A DNA stretch of 64,000 nt from Phallusia mammillata (GCA_965637545.1 OZ281497.1:29016001-29080000), one strand, 5' to 3'; positions 14,008-27,567 are shown, counted from the first letter of the stretch. A program made the numbers and translations. The notes: generated from the sequence alone by a model not told the origin.

Positions 14008-14262
14008 GTTGTTACTGAATTATTTCGGCAGGCATGATAAATCGATCTTATGCACTAAGCCTGCTGACCAGAACACTGCAATAACGGCTCACCACTAAAG
14101 CCAATTACTCCCGCACACTGGTTTAGCTGATGGGCGCAGACTTATATTTAAAACAATGTAAAAACGACAAACATTACACCGGGCACGTGACAACCCACCA
14201 CCAATACCAATACTAACACCACCACGTTTACGGCGCCTAGAGAAAAGCCATTTAATTGACTA
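14008..14262. repeat. Dispersed repeat; inverted copy at ~44170-44442
   Basis: Blocks such as cacgtttacggcgcctagagaaaagccat, gccaattactcccgcacactggtttagct and tatttcggcaggcatgataaatcgatc match the reverse complement near 44.2-44.4 kb. Confidence 0.8.
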
Positions 14263-14678
14263 ACGACGATCCAACTAACATCTATAATAGTAGATACGGG
14301 GGTTAACGACGAATCGCATTCAACCTATAATAAAATACTGCGTGACAAATAAACAAAAGAAACTTTCATTCAATTTACAAACTGTTAATAGTTATTTCCA
14401 AACACATCTAACCGCCCAAAATATTATGATTAAATCCAATGTTTGTTTTGACATGTTGATGTGTTTAAATGTTGCTTGGTGTTTCGATTCTGTATACGCA
14501 TATATGTATTTGTTTTTATGTCCAAAATATTTTGTTCTAATTATGTTTTGCGCTAAACACAGGATTCAACAGCAAGAATCCTAACCAGCCTTTGTTTCGT
14601 TACACGTGGCAAGCGCTTTTGACCATTGCGCCAAGTGTTCGTCATTTAATATTGATTTTGCCTGTTAAGTATTTTTAT

Positions 14679-15107
14679 TAGTGATGCACCGAACCCGACT
14701 AAAAAGGTTCGGGCCGAAACCGAATATTCGGCCATGAGGCCGAATAATTTCGGCCGAATCAGGCCGAACCTAAAATCCCCTTTCTTATGGATGTTTTCAA
14801 CTAAACCTTGCGTTGTAGATGCGAGAGAACTCAATTTTGACAAACTAAAATCACTTTCACAATGTATAAGCTTTAGTAAACATCTAATATTTTGCGGAAA
14901 ACGTGGCTCGTATTTTATAGATACAACAAATAGTTAGTTCCTGATGTTTCGGATGGGCGAAAATGAAATTTTGGGCCTAAATTCAATGCAATACAAAAGT
15001 TCGGTTTCGGCCGAATTTTTAAAAAAGTTCGGGCCGAAACCGAAACATTTGAAAACAGCGGATTCGGCCGAAATGTTTCGGCCAACCGAAACTTCGGTGC
15101 ATCACTA
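14679..15107. mobile_element. hAT-type MITE, 429 bp
   Basis: TIR TAGTGATGCACCGAA / TTCGGTGCATCACTA; 8-bp TSD ATTTTTAT; multiple subterminal TTCGGCC/GGCCGAA repeats. Confidence 0.9.
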
Positions 15108-17536
15108 ATTTTTATCCCATAGCCATTTTCACCTGACTTCTAGAATCAGCTATCGATGTTATGTAAAGTCTCCAAAAGGATTCAGTCGCAAAGATGTATT
15201 GAAAATACAGCAGGAGTTAAGTAATCTTTTGTTTAACATGTTTCTTGAGTTGTCAGATTTAGATGATTTAGGTTTTTTGTTACACAACGGGTTCGATTTA
15301 AGGAGTTGATGTGTAACCAACAAGTTGTTTTAATAGTTAATGCCACCTCTTAGCGATGACTCATTTTTAAATTGAACACAGATTTCACTTTTCTTAAAAC
15401 TTGTCCAGAAGATTTAGTAAGATTCATGTGAAAAAACTATTTATCTGTCAACAATTTCAAGCAGTTTTGACTAGAGATTGTGCCTTGAATATTGTGTTAC
15501 TGTATCAAATAACAGTGATTACTTTGGCTTTTGGATTATTTTGTAGCCTACAACAATCATGGCATTGTTAATTATGTTGTTTATGTTGTGTTTGTCTGTT
15601 TCTGCTGAAACACGCACTTGGCATATCTACAACGGTTTTCAATATTTCATGGAAATGACTTCAGTCACTTCATACGCTGAAGCAGAGATGGGATGTTCTG
15701 CGTTGCAAGCTAATGTAGCCGATGTCAAAATCACTGAAATCTTTGAGTTTTTGAGGAAATATATCAACCTGACAGGTAATGTTTATCCACATTTGTTAAT
15801 TTTAAGCCAGTTTGACATATTTTGCAGATATCTTCGCGATAGTGTGATGATATATAGCAAAATGACGTCATAACACCATGACGACCTTGACTGCAATAGT
15901 CACATAAATATTATTATCAGTTTTTATTAGTAAACACATGTTTGATTTGAAATGAACGTAATCAGATATTGTTTCCACGCAAGTGACTTTAATTTTTTTT
16001 CTTGCTAACATACAATGCAATTTGATCTGTGACCGTTTAAATTTAAACAATTTAAATTTTCGCTTTAGATGAACCCTTCTCGCTTTACATCGGTGCTAAA
16101 AGTGTTGGAAACACACATAAGTTTCGATGGAGTGATGGAAGTAATGCTTATCTTACAACATCCATGTGGTTCCCTGGACAACCAGATAATATAAAAGTGA
16201 TAATTGCGTCACAATGGGTATTTTTTACAAACGCCTTGATGATCAAGACTTATATAGATGCCATGATGTACCGTGTACACATTACAATGCGAGATACATT
16301 TGCGAGAAAAAGTCAAGAGGTAAGCAATGTTTGGTTACGCTGATCATTGTAATCGATGATAAAAATAAGTTAAATTAAATGTTCTATTTAAACCTACTGT
16401 GACAAAAATCTATTCCGAGTTTACTGTCTGTAGTTCATAATTTACAAATTGCTGCTTGCATTAAAAGAATCATCAACAACAAGCGTACAACCATCTACCA
16501 AACCAGTTAGTTCAACCATATCGACACCATCCACAACAACCACAAACATTCTGTTATCATCGACCAAACCACCAACAACTAGTGTGCAACCATCTATCAT
16601 ACCAACAATTTCAACCGTATCAACACCATCCATATCATCATTCAACATCGTATCCTCCATCAAACACCACCAAGAAGCGTGAAACCATATAGCAAACCAA
16701 CTAATACATCAACACCATCCACTGTAATAACAACCACCAAAAGTTTGCATACTGACAACACTACACAAGGTAAGAAGGATTTAATCTACAAATTTCACCA
16801 TTTCTAGTTGATGCTAATATTGCGGAATAACTTTCATTTTCTTTTCTGATTTTTGCAGCTCCAAAGAAAGGCAACTCAGCCATCATTGCTATTGCAATAG
16901 GCGGATGCGTCATTTTAGTTATAATCTGCATCGTCATTATCTTTGTTACGACACGCAATAAAATAAGGTAACAACAATAATGAACAATATGAAACTGAAC
17001 AATTTGTGAACGATAATTAATGAATAATGCTGCCAGTATTATCTCCTTAAAAAAATATTTTACGAGTACATATTTGCTTTGACAACTCGGCGTGGGTAAT
17101 TTCGCTTTCAAATTTCGCAGGAAAAGCCAACCGGTGAACGAAGCCGTACTGATGGACAACAACGCAGGAGGTAGTATATACTGGTTGCTATTATGATTAC
17201 ACTAACTTTTTTTGCGTGACGAAACCAAGTAACTTAAGATGAATCCTATCGTGACGTAGTTATTTCGGTCATGTGTTTTGTGATAAAGTAAATTGTTTAT
17301 GTTAAACAGCTGAAGAAATCGATCCCGAAGAAACGTACAACATTTCTCAGAGTAAAGGAAGCAGTTTAGTGCAACAATGCAGCACAACCGTCCTTACGTC
17401 ACGAAACCGATGACGGAATCCCGGGGCCACGTCACGAAAACATCATTATCGATGGAGTTGCACAGCTCAAAGCAGTGAAAAGCAACAAGTCATCAAGTTA
17501 AAAGAATTAACAAATGTTCACAACAATGAACAATCG

Positions 17537-17701
17537 CTTAGGAACACTATACACGGACTTGAAAAGTAATTTAATCATAAACATTACTGCCAAGGTACTG
17601 GTGTTTTCAGAATTCATCGTTCAGACGTTTCGACAATCTCTGTTGTCATCATCAGTGAAGGTGCACCTACACCAGTACCTTGGCAGTAATGTTTATGATT
17701 A
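17537..17701. mobile_element. 165-bp Penelope-like mini-insertion containing a hammerhead between inverted repeats
   Basis: 12-bp TSD AATGAACAATCG (17525-17536 / 17702-17713); perfect 36-bp inverted repeats at 17569-17604 and 17669-17704; absent from the paralogous exons at ~1180 and ~21700. Confidence 0.8.
17620..17659 (-). ncRNA. Minimal type-I hammerhead ribozyme
   Basis: Minus strand reads TTCA-CTGATGA-T-GACAA cagaga TTGTC-GAAAC-GTC-TGAA: catalytic core, 5-bp stem II, stem I TTCA/TGAA, palindromic ACGT stem III, GUC cleavage triplet. Confidence 0.8.
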
Positions 17702-18992
17702 AATGAACAATCGTATGTTCGAAAATACGATCAGAACTAATTGGATGAAGTCAGTTCTAACGCTTTGCAACTATCTCGCATGTTTCCATTATTATCAGCC
17801 AACAGTTGATTGTCCAACCCTGTAGCTCAGGGAAATTGTGGTCTGAGAGTCACCAGTTGCAAATATCTAAAACATTTATACACAACTAAGTATACGTTGC
17901 TAAAGCTAAATGAGATTTAATAACTTAAACCATGGCTTAACGTGATTGCCGGTCTTTCATCTGGTGATATTGCTTTTTATGAATAAGTGGTTCAACTTTC
18001 AGCAACAGTTCATCAAAAGTCTCTTTGTCCATTCGAAAGTATTTGTGGAAACTTTCTGGATCTGAGCGCATGTTTTTGACTTAATTAAATTTCCCCTCCT
18101 CTTGAGTCCGAAATATGACGAACCAAACGTTTGCAAGCAAATGATCACATTGATGCCAAAAACCACCGAACCATAACGAACGGTAAGTAGCTTGAATGGG
18201 CAAGTGGTTAGCACAATCGCTTTCAAGTCATATGGTTAGTTGTTCAAATCTCACCCATTTTAAATGTATTTAAAAGAAACCATGTAATTTTTCAGAGTTA
18301 TTTGCTAAACATCATCAGAATAAAATGTCAATCAATGTAATTAGGCAGTCAGCTCGTGGACTCATAGTAAGCATAAATTATTCAGTTGTTACTTACTGCT
18401 TTAGTACTAAGCTATGCATTTCGCCATTTCAAGAAAAACTTTTTCGTTTTGATTGCAGACTTTTGTTAATCCGTACTTTGTTATTTGCAATGTTAATTCG
18501 ACTGATAACAAAAGTAGTTACAGAAAGTATTGGCCGGCAATTTCAAAAAAGGTTATCAGTTTCCATCCCATTCAATAGTTGTTGCAATATTGTTGGCGAA
18601 TTTCATCTTTACGTCCGCTAGCATTTCGTTTAGTTCATGCATAAAATCATGCGTGTGTCAAGGGCGTTTATTCTTACTCTTTTGTTTGTATGCAAAGCAT
18701 TTAAGAGATTTCCTGAACTGTTGCTGCCACTCACCATTGTTCTAATACTCCTGGCTTAGTTCTCCAACAATATTTGCCAATTAAACGAGCTATACATGGA
18801 AGTTCTTTAGGCTTTGATGCACTAGCACTCAGTTTTGGACTTTTTGGACATTAATACTTAGTTAAAGTTATATTATATAACTTATATGGTGTAGCATATT
18901 TCTCATTAGACATATGAATAGATTCGTGTACAGTGAAAAAAAATTCCTTTCTAACCGATTCTGAAAACAAATGCATTTTTAGGTCAACCATA

Positions 18993-21893
18993 ATGAAGTT
19001 GTTAGTTTGCTTGTTGATAATGTGTTTGTCAGCTGCTCTGGGTGAATCCCCTCAATATTTCAGAGGTGTCAAATATCTGATCAAACTAAAAAATGTCAAA
19101 TCTTATGCAGTGGCTGAGAGAGAATGCGAAAAACTGAACGCTACCTTGGCAGAAGTTAAAACAACCGACATACAAGATTATTTAAGAACTCGTTTCAAAC
19201 TAGCAGGTAAATTAGTCTATGAATTTACTTAGCAAATGTTTATTTTACACCAGTGTTTTAATAACAATTAGGTACAGTATACCTCCCAGTGTAGATGTGT
19301 TCTGCCTTAAGTGCACACTGCGTTCGCACAAACAGTTTACTAAAGTTAACCGTAGTTTCTTCCTTTGGCAAGCATATCATATCAAACTCTGCTGCTGATT
19401 ACTTCCCCAAGCAGTCACTTGGCTGGGGCATTATTAATCAGAGGGGGTCGTGTTACATGTTAGGCGCCTCTTGCTTCTTTGTTGTAAAGTTTGAGACCTG
19501 CCTTTTTGGTACGTTTGTTTTTGAAAAAAAAAACGCTTGTGTTTGGCAGTAGTTCTTAACAGTATGTTTACGTTGGTACTGTAGAGGTTTACTTGATATA
19601 TGAATCACCTTGAAAGATTCTTAGTTCTGTGTTTTAATAAGACAAATCAGTTTACAAGCGAAGAGGATTCGGGCCATTTGTAGAAAAGCCTTAGTTCGGT
19701 TTTCAAGGCTTTCGGTATTATAATCAAACAAAACGTTTTTTAGGTTTGTTTTCTTCCTTTTACATCGGTGCAACGAGAGTAAACAGTACTGGAGAGTTTC
19801 GATGGGATGATGAAGGGAAATTGGAACCAAATTGGTCACTATGGCTTGAAGGGGAACCAGACAATGAAAACGGAAAAGAGAATTGTGTTGAAATGGATGA
19901 AACTCATTCTAGATTCAAAGACATACCGTGCTATCGGAATTTGGCCCGATTTATTTGTCAACAGAAATCTGATATTGCAAGTAAGTTACATTTTATCCGA
20001 CTCGAAAAGAATTAGAACTATGATTAACCTGGATTTTTTAGGGATGTTTAAATGTTTTCCAACTTATAAATCAAAATATTTTGTTTATTTTATTTACTGT
20101 TCTCAACTATTTTTTAATAAAGTATTCAATTTTCAGGCTTCGTTTTCGCCACAGAATCAGCAACAGCTACCAAACAGTCCATTACCCTAATCATTGCAAC
20201 CAACGCTACCAGAACATCTCCTACAGTGGTCTCGATAGACGGTAAGTAACAAAATACTTTTTCCATTGCCATGTAAATAGTATTGAAACACCTTTCATGA
20301 GAATAAAGTGTTTTTCTTTTATTAAAACTTCTCCTTAGGTTCAACAGGTGGAATGACAGCTGACAGGACAACCATTGTGATTGTCATGACTACATGCAGT
20401 TGAGTCATCAGCGTTGTAATTTGCATCGTCATGGTAATTGTGACGCTACAAAAACGCAAAAGAAGGTATGTAATCTTTACGTAAAGCAGCGTCTTTTAAA
20501 CTTTTTAAGCATGTGTCACAAACAAGCTAATGTTTGAATAAATTTGTTTCAACTTATTTAATTGTGAAACAGTTTTGCGACAAATAAGATTTCAATACGA
20601 TTCTGACGTTGTTTTGGATACACCTGAACTTTGTTGTTAAGTTATGAAACGTGAGTTTAAAAATCGGGTTTTTCTTTAAAAACTCGTTTTCCGACGGTTG
20701 CAACCCACAAAAATAAACATAATCAAATAATTAAATGTGTTACGGTATTGCAAAAAAATGTGTATGTTGATCTATTAACTTATAAAAACTAATTCTGTAA
20801 GTTACCAAAACTTACATTTACTTCACAGAAATAATATATCGGTAAGATTTCAAGAAGAAAGTGCTTACGTCGATATGAGTGAGTATTTGATTTTCAAAAA
20901 GAAAGTCAACAAACAAAATGTGTGGATTGCCTCTAGTGTGTTTTCAAAATTTATTTGTTGTTTTACCAGCTGGAAATCGACGGAGTGCTCCATCTCAAAA
21001 CATCCCACTTGCCCTGCCGAATGGGTCTATTCAGCCGACCACGTCACAACAACCAAACGATGACGTCAACAACCTTTATGACATCATCCAAGAGCCCAAG
21101 GTGGAATACATGGAGTTTGTTCCGTAAATAACTGCTGCTTTTATTTCAATTAGCAACTTACGCAAGAAGGTCAAAAATTTTTGTAAAAACGTGTTTATAT
21201 TTAGTCTGATTGGTGAATTATAAGTCTATTCTACCGTCGACGCAAAACAAAAACTTTAATTGGCATCGGTGTTTTCATTCCTATTACGTAGGCATGCCAA
21301 ATTGCGTTCACATTGTGGCGACTTCTCTGTCATGTTTTTATTCGTGTGTGTCAAAGCTTGCGTTTTGCTCTTTTCTTGCTCGGTTGTTACGGCGTCATAA
21401 GCGCATATTTTTCTGTTGCGCTGTATTTTATTATGACACTGCTGTTAAATAAAGGTTCCGTTTTTCTGGCGATCCCACGGCTTTAAAACAAACTTAAAGA
21501 TCATGGAATCGGAACACGCTGTGTCAATTAAGTTTCCACCGTTCTGGCCGAAACAGCTACGTGTTTGGCTAGAGCAAGTAGAGGACAGTTTGCTTTAAAG
21601 ACGAAACGAAGTTCTACCACGTTGAAAAAAGGAGCGGAAAGCAGCGATGTTTATGTTCAGGTCCGAAAGTTAAAACAATCAACAAACGTTCACGACAATG
21701 GACAACAATACCATGTTCGAAAATACGCAATCAATTGGATGAAGTCAGTTTCGACACTTTGCATCTATCTCAACATGTGGAAGTCCACGATCAACTTGTA
21801 AGCGGCAGCAATCGAACTAATGACTTTAATATTAGACACGGGGCTAATGATGAATCAGATTCAGCCTACGATGAATTACGACATGACAAATAA
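18993..21893 (+). pseudogene. C-type lectin receptor copy 3; exons 18993-19206, 19744-19980, 20137-20241, 20339-20465 (TM, TGA at 20401), 20829-20878, 20970-21127; alternative last exon 21601-21893
   Basis: Signal MKLLVCLLIMCLSAALG; intact CTLD WLEGEPDNENGKENCVEM..FKDIPC..RFICQQK; in-frame TGA inside the TM; tail SAYVDM, NLYDII, VEYMEF; distal exon DVYVQV..VSFDTL..DSAYDEL with a 4-nt deletion. Confidence 0.85.
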
Positions 21894-23806
21894 GCAAAAC
21901 AGACTACGATATAGTTTGAAAACTGATGATCACTATTTTGCCTGTTAAGTCCATCTGTAGTATCGAAGTCCCATTTGCATCTTTGGAAGAAACATTAGAA
22001 AATTGTTGCACTGATTCTCATATTTTTATATTTTAACTAAACCTTAAATACTTTTAAAAACGCTGTATTTCAATTTCTTGAAGTTTTGATTTAGAATATA
22101 ACGCAATTTGTTTAATATTACTTACAACTTTTGTACCAATTATGTTTTGGGGAAACCCAATCCTAATCAATGTTTTTGTGTCTGTTTGCATGTTAAAGGC
22201 CTTTGACCATTCCGCCAAGTTCCTAACGCAAAGATTTTGCCTTTAGCAAAGCTTTATTTAATGACTGTAGCGACATCCACTGGCCTGACGTAGTTCATGG
22301 CAACATCCTAATGTGAGCTGTTTTGCATATTCATTTATATATTGTTAGGTAACAAGCATGTATTCACAAGTATATACAAATGTTGACATTAAGAACTGTT
22401 ATGTAATCTATTTTAAAAAGATTGTGGCATTAAAGTATGACATTTGCATGTGGTATTGAACGACAGTTCTATGGTTTGTTCAACATATCTATGTTATATC
22501 AGTTACTTACCAAAGAAAGGTTTTTCAAACATATAAACGAAACAGACATGTTTTAGATGACATATAGTTTTAAGTGTAACTAATGTGGTATATCTACATA
22601 CAAATGTTCTGCCCCAATGTCAAACAATTGTTGCAAGCTAATCTATGTTAACAATTTTCAAATTTATTCAAATTTTACCTTTTGTCATTAGTTTTTTTCC
22701 GACACAGCCGTATTGCCAATAGCTACTATTTGCATAGTATACTTTTGCCTGAAAATGGTGTGGAAAAAAATGAAATATACATAAGCAGAGCTCATAATCA
22801 AACATGCGTTAATAAATAATTTGTTTGTCGGTTTTGCCACTGTCTACGGTTTTCCTAAAATATTTTGTGCATGGACAAAGTTGATTTACGTTTTTGTTGA
22901 CACGTTCCTAATTGAGTAATAAAGGTGCAATCAGTTTTTACAAGGTACAAAAACGTTGAAAACTTTAACCTATCTTAAAGGCAACGCATAAAAAAGTAAA
23001 CACCAATTGTAGAAGGTCGACTTTTTAATACAAGTTTCAAATTTCTGTGAACAAGTGTACCCCTGGATACATACATAGACTATGTATAAATTCTCATACA
23101 AAAGGCTGATTGAAGGCGTTATACCCAATTCATTGAACTTGTTCATTTGTCTGGGCAAAATAGTAAAATATTGTTAATATTAAAAATGAATACAGGCGGT
23201 GAAATAAACATTTATTTAATGTAGCAGGTATGGTTCTGGTTGTACCATCCGTTTTTGATTGCACGGAAGCGTCACAACTCCGATATGGCCGCTACACACG
23301 AAAGATCGACTTACGTTATGAACTTAGCGACGTTGAAGTGAATTAAATTCTATGTAAATATCTCGTAAACCACGATGAGTTTGTTACCGGGCCGTATAAA
23401 TTTTCAGGTTAAATGCTCTAAAACATTTTGCCAATGTACCCCGGTGATAAACTAATTGATGCGTTTTCATTGCTAAAAATTTGTAGTTTCTTGAAGACCG
23501 GTCCAAGATAAGATTTCACTTTCAAAAACGGTCCGCAGTGCAAAAAAGGTTGCCGATCCCGGTCGTAATAAATATTCGCATCGAAGTTTTCATCTTTACG
23601 AGCAAGATTTGTTCAAATGTCCATAAAATTAGGTCCACAATTATCATTTAAATTGTCATAAGAGTTGCAGATTTTAACACGATGGTGAACAATTTTAGTT
23701 AAAGAATCGTATTTAACTTACATACACGTAATAATATCTTTATGCGTTACAAAAAAATAGCGCACGACACAGAAGATTTTGAAACACCATCTTATCCTTG
23801 TTATAA

Positions 23807-24460
23807 ATGTGCCTTGTGCGGTCACCACGGCAAAGCCAAACCAATGTTTTTTCGGTGACTGACTTACGATCACAACAAAAACTTTTTCACTTACGTCAGC
23901 AACTTACGTGTCGAAACTACAGCACATACGTTGCCACGTGTTTGGTGTGTGAAGAACAACATGACGGCCAAACAAAAAATATGTTGTTGACCCGATGGAA
24001 CTCGCATCGAGCTGTTAGGCGGACGTCCGACATAAGTGTAGGGGATGACCGCGCGGCTCTTTTTCAGCATTACCATAACAAACATTTCCGACTTTTCCAA
24101 AAAAGTTAGGTATTGCACAATGTTATGTGGTTTTTGTAGAGGAACCTCGTGGAGAAGAATTGGATGTTTGTGAAAACTAATTTTCAAGGGCGCCACAATA
24201 AATGTTCAAGCGATGGTCCTTCCGGCATTCGTTGAATGCAATCGCTTTGTTGTTACAATCGTGTTTGTTTTTTCGTTTTGCGCATCTTTTCCTCGCCCCC
24301 TTTTTTCGTGGTTCAGCGCCATACCTGCCGGTCTGCATTTGCAGTCTTGTAAAACAGAGGAAAGGCTTTTTGCGGTTGGTCTGGGGGTGTGTCCCGCTTT
24401 TTCATTTGGTTTTTAGACACTGATGTAGCTTTTTATAGCGAAATACATTTGTTTTGTTAA
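23807..24460 (+). mobile_element. Penelope-like retroelement 3' fragment (GIY-YIG endonuclease remnant)
   Basis: Reads LTCRNYSTYVATCLVCEEQHDGQTKNMLLTRWNSHR...DDRAALFQHYHNKH, followed by a degraded VFVEEP...LDVCEN...INVQAMVLP. Confidence 0.75.
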
Positions 24461-27400
24461 ACAAATAAAATATAGCGACAGATTTGGTGGTTTTCACACT
24501 GAATTTCTTAATCTGATTTTAATGACCCTGAATCGTCGCGGTTGTTTTACTTGCAAGGAGATTTCAATAATAAGAAAAGAATTGCTACAGTGTCTCTGCA
24601 TTTGAGCGTTTCGCACAAGGCCTGTGTTTCTTGTCCTGCAGTGCGTTGGCTATTCAACGTGGTGATCTGCATCATAATAATTTCAGCTATACTTTCTAAT
24701 CTACCAAATTTATAAAGTTAATAATCTAGTTACCACAAAAGTTCCGTTACCACCCTAAAAGTGTCGAAACAGTGGTAATGAAGCCAAACAATGAACGCTT
24801 GCCTTACGCTGTGTTTTTTCGCTTGCTTTACGCAGTAAAGGTTTTTACTGTCGAGTGCCGCAAAACTAATTACAATTAGAAACGCAGTTTAAACCTTTAC
24901 CATATTTGTGTGCTCCGGGTGTGTTGCGAGGCAGTTTGTGTGAGTTGGTTTCATACAAAAAATATTTACTGACGCAAACACATACATTGCCGCTTCGTAT
25001 ATTTCAGTGATTCTCAACCTAGTTTTTTTAACTCTTAGTGTGACAAAGTTATTGGTGGAAATCAGGTTGCAGAGAGTTTTGGAGTTTTGTTGATACTGAG
25101 AATCAACAAGTTATGGCGTATTTTTCAAACCTAGATAAAAACAAAAGTTTTTTCACATGAGTTCAAAGCTGCATTCGGAATGCGAAAACTTTTAACTTTA
25201 AACAAAAAAGCGTAAAACCGACCCAATCTTCTGTTTTATCTATTGATATGTCTCATGTTACCGATAGCAGCTTTGTGCTTATTGACGCGAAAAATCACAA
25301 ACACACAAAACTGAAGAAAGGTTTTATAAACCTAGCCCACTTCATAGGGCTCATGTTAAATGTGTGTTTTAACTGGCTTGTCAAAAGTCTTACTGGTTGA
25401 TGGTTTTATATTTACAAGAACTGTGCATAGACATTTCAGGAACTTTTATCCGTATTTGGGTTTGAACTAACTCACATGTACAACCGAGTTTATCAGTTTG
25501 TGTAAAATTAAATTGACCGTGAAACCTGGGGAAGGTCTTGTTAGTTGTAATCCGCATTTCGCGGTGGAATAAGGGCAAGTAAACGGAATTCAGCGTATTG
25601 TTACACCTGACATTACGAACAATATTTAAGGAAATATCCAACACAGCCCATAACAAGCATAAATCAACATAAAAACAACGTTATAAGCAACTTTATTCAT
25701 TGGAGATTTTCCAAATAATAAGGACAATATCAGGCTAACTTGTTCAAATCACGTTTAAAAGATCGCTTTGAAATACTTATAACTAAACAAATAACAAGTA
25801 ATAGTTTTGTTCTCATAACGAATTGTCGAGAAAGGTATTAACCCCAAAACTAAAACCACTTTTTTTCCTAACAATTTTGTGTTTTGTGCGTTATGGTCAA
25901 TGTAGCAAAATTTAAGTAACCGCGCTCTTGTCAATGTCACGAAGTAAAGTAAATTAGTTAACAAAGGAAACTGGCTGCAGTTTGATCGCAAGGGTTTACC
26001 TTTAAAGTAAAGATTCGCGCAAATTTCTATCCAGACACAAGATTTGCAAAACACACTTATGTCTTCATCTATTTATCGGGTAGATCAGCACTCTTTTACC
26101 ACAGAACTGTTCGGTACGTAAGTGTTTTGAAAGTGTTTTGGTGTCATTAAGTTTTGAAGTCGTTTGAAGAAACTAGTATAATTGATTCTAGAAAGCTAAT
26201 TAAACCATGCAGTTTTATCATCTGTTTCAAACAAATACCAAGTTTTTATTTTCGGCAAAATTTAAATAATTGAGTTTAAGGTACAGTTCTTAAACCAAAA
26301 CATTACCAAGTAAATGCTAGGTTTCCTGAAATTATTCAGCAAACAATAAACAGTCGTTGTGCGTTGTGTGGTAAAACTTTACCGCTATCAGCAGCAATTG
26401 TAACCAACCCTAACAGTCCGATTAATAACACAAACAGTGACACGGAGTTTTTTGCAACTCATGTATGATGTGATTAAGCGAAAAATTTAAATAATGATAT
26501 CTTGGTGATTCCTGCAGCAATGTAAGAACTACAATAAATACAGTAACGACAAAACCACACATGCCACAAACTAAGTTGATTTTCGGCCTTCGATGCTAAC
26601 AGTTTGTTAAATTGCCGCCAGCACATATGGGTACAAAAAACACACACATACTTCGCATCTTGTCATCTTCACAATTTCCTCACTCAACCTGTTGTTCGTG
26701 AATCTTCAGTCGACATCAAGTACTTGCAGTCAAATTTATAAGCAACTGCAAACCGCCATTTTGTTTCTCGCGCCACGGCTGGTTGCTGAGCAACGCCGTT
26801 TTTTGAACTCGATGGAGTTGAAAATTGAAGTTGAAAACACTTTAACTCCAAGCCCAGCACGTGCCAGATGTGAATTTACCTGATGGAACAATATTATGTC
26901 ACGTATAAAAAGAGCAATAATAACAATTTTTCAAACAGACTGGAGTAAATAATGCATCGGTGATAATATTTATACTATGCCCTACGTTTAAATTTGATGC
27001 ATTTCTAAAATGGCCACTATAAAACAAACATACAATTTTGAGAGAATATTTAGTAGTTATATTTTCGACATTACAACATAACTAGCAGTTGAACAAACAG
27101 TTGGATGTTGCGTAAACCTCTGCTTACTCTTATTGTTGTTTAAAATTATTCAATTCCAAGAACTGCGAGGCAAAATGCAACCGACTGCTTCACGTTAACT
27201 AGCAACTGAATGTGCAGTTGGTGAGTTGTTGGTCTATGTGTTTTTTTTCGGTTGTATATTTTTCTGTTGTTAGCTCTTTGCCCCAATAGCGTAATAAAAT
27301 GTTGTGCAGTATGTCTGGCAGCCAAAGCTGAAATACTGTAGCCAAAACCTGAAAGTGAATTAAAAACTTACTTTTTTGATTAAGTTTTTACATAATGGCG

Positions 27401-27567
27401 TTTTCTGTAATACCCTTACAAACAAAAATTTGATCGCTTTTGAAACAACTGTTTTAATTATTACTCATTACTCAGGCATAATCAGACATGATCCCAAATA
27501 CTATGCTAATTTGTTATGAAGAGATAAAGGTTTAATAAAAATGTAATCACAAAACTGTACTGTGGCG

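Larger units (their letters stand above)
15559..17809 (+). pseudogene. C-type lectin receptor copy 2; exons 15559-15775, 16069-16319, 16468-16769, 16859-16967 (TM), 17121-17170, 17310-~17809
   Basis: Signal MALLIMLFMLCLSVSA; CTLD WFPGQPDN then a frameshift to DNCVTMG..CHDVPC..RYICEK; S/T/P stalk with a frameshift; TM AIIAIAIGGCVILVIICIVIIFVT; last exon has stops and a 165-bp insertion. Confidence 0.85.

Noticed and set aside
24417-24450. Hammerhead at the 3' end of the Penelope fragment (CTGATGT-AGCT...AGC-GAAA)
   Set aside because: Core A9 is mutated and stems I/III are unconvincing; a relic at best.
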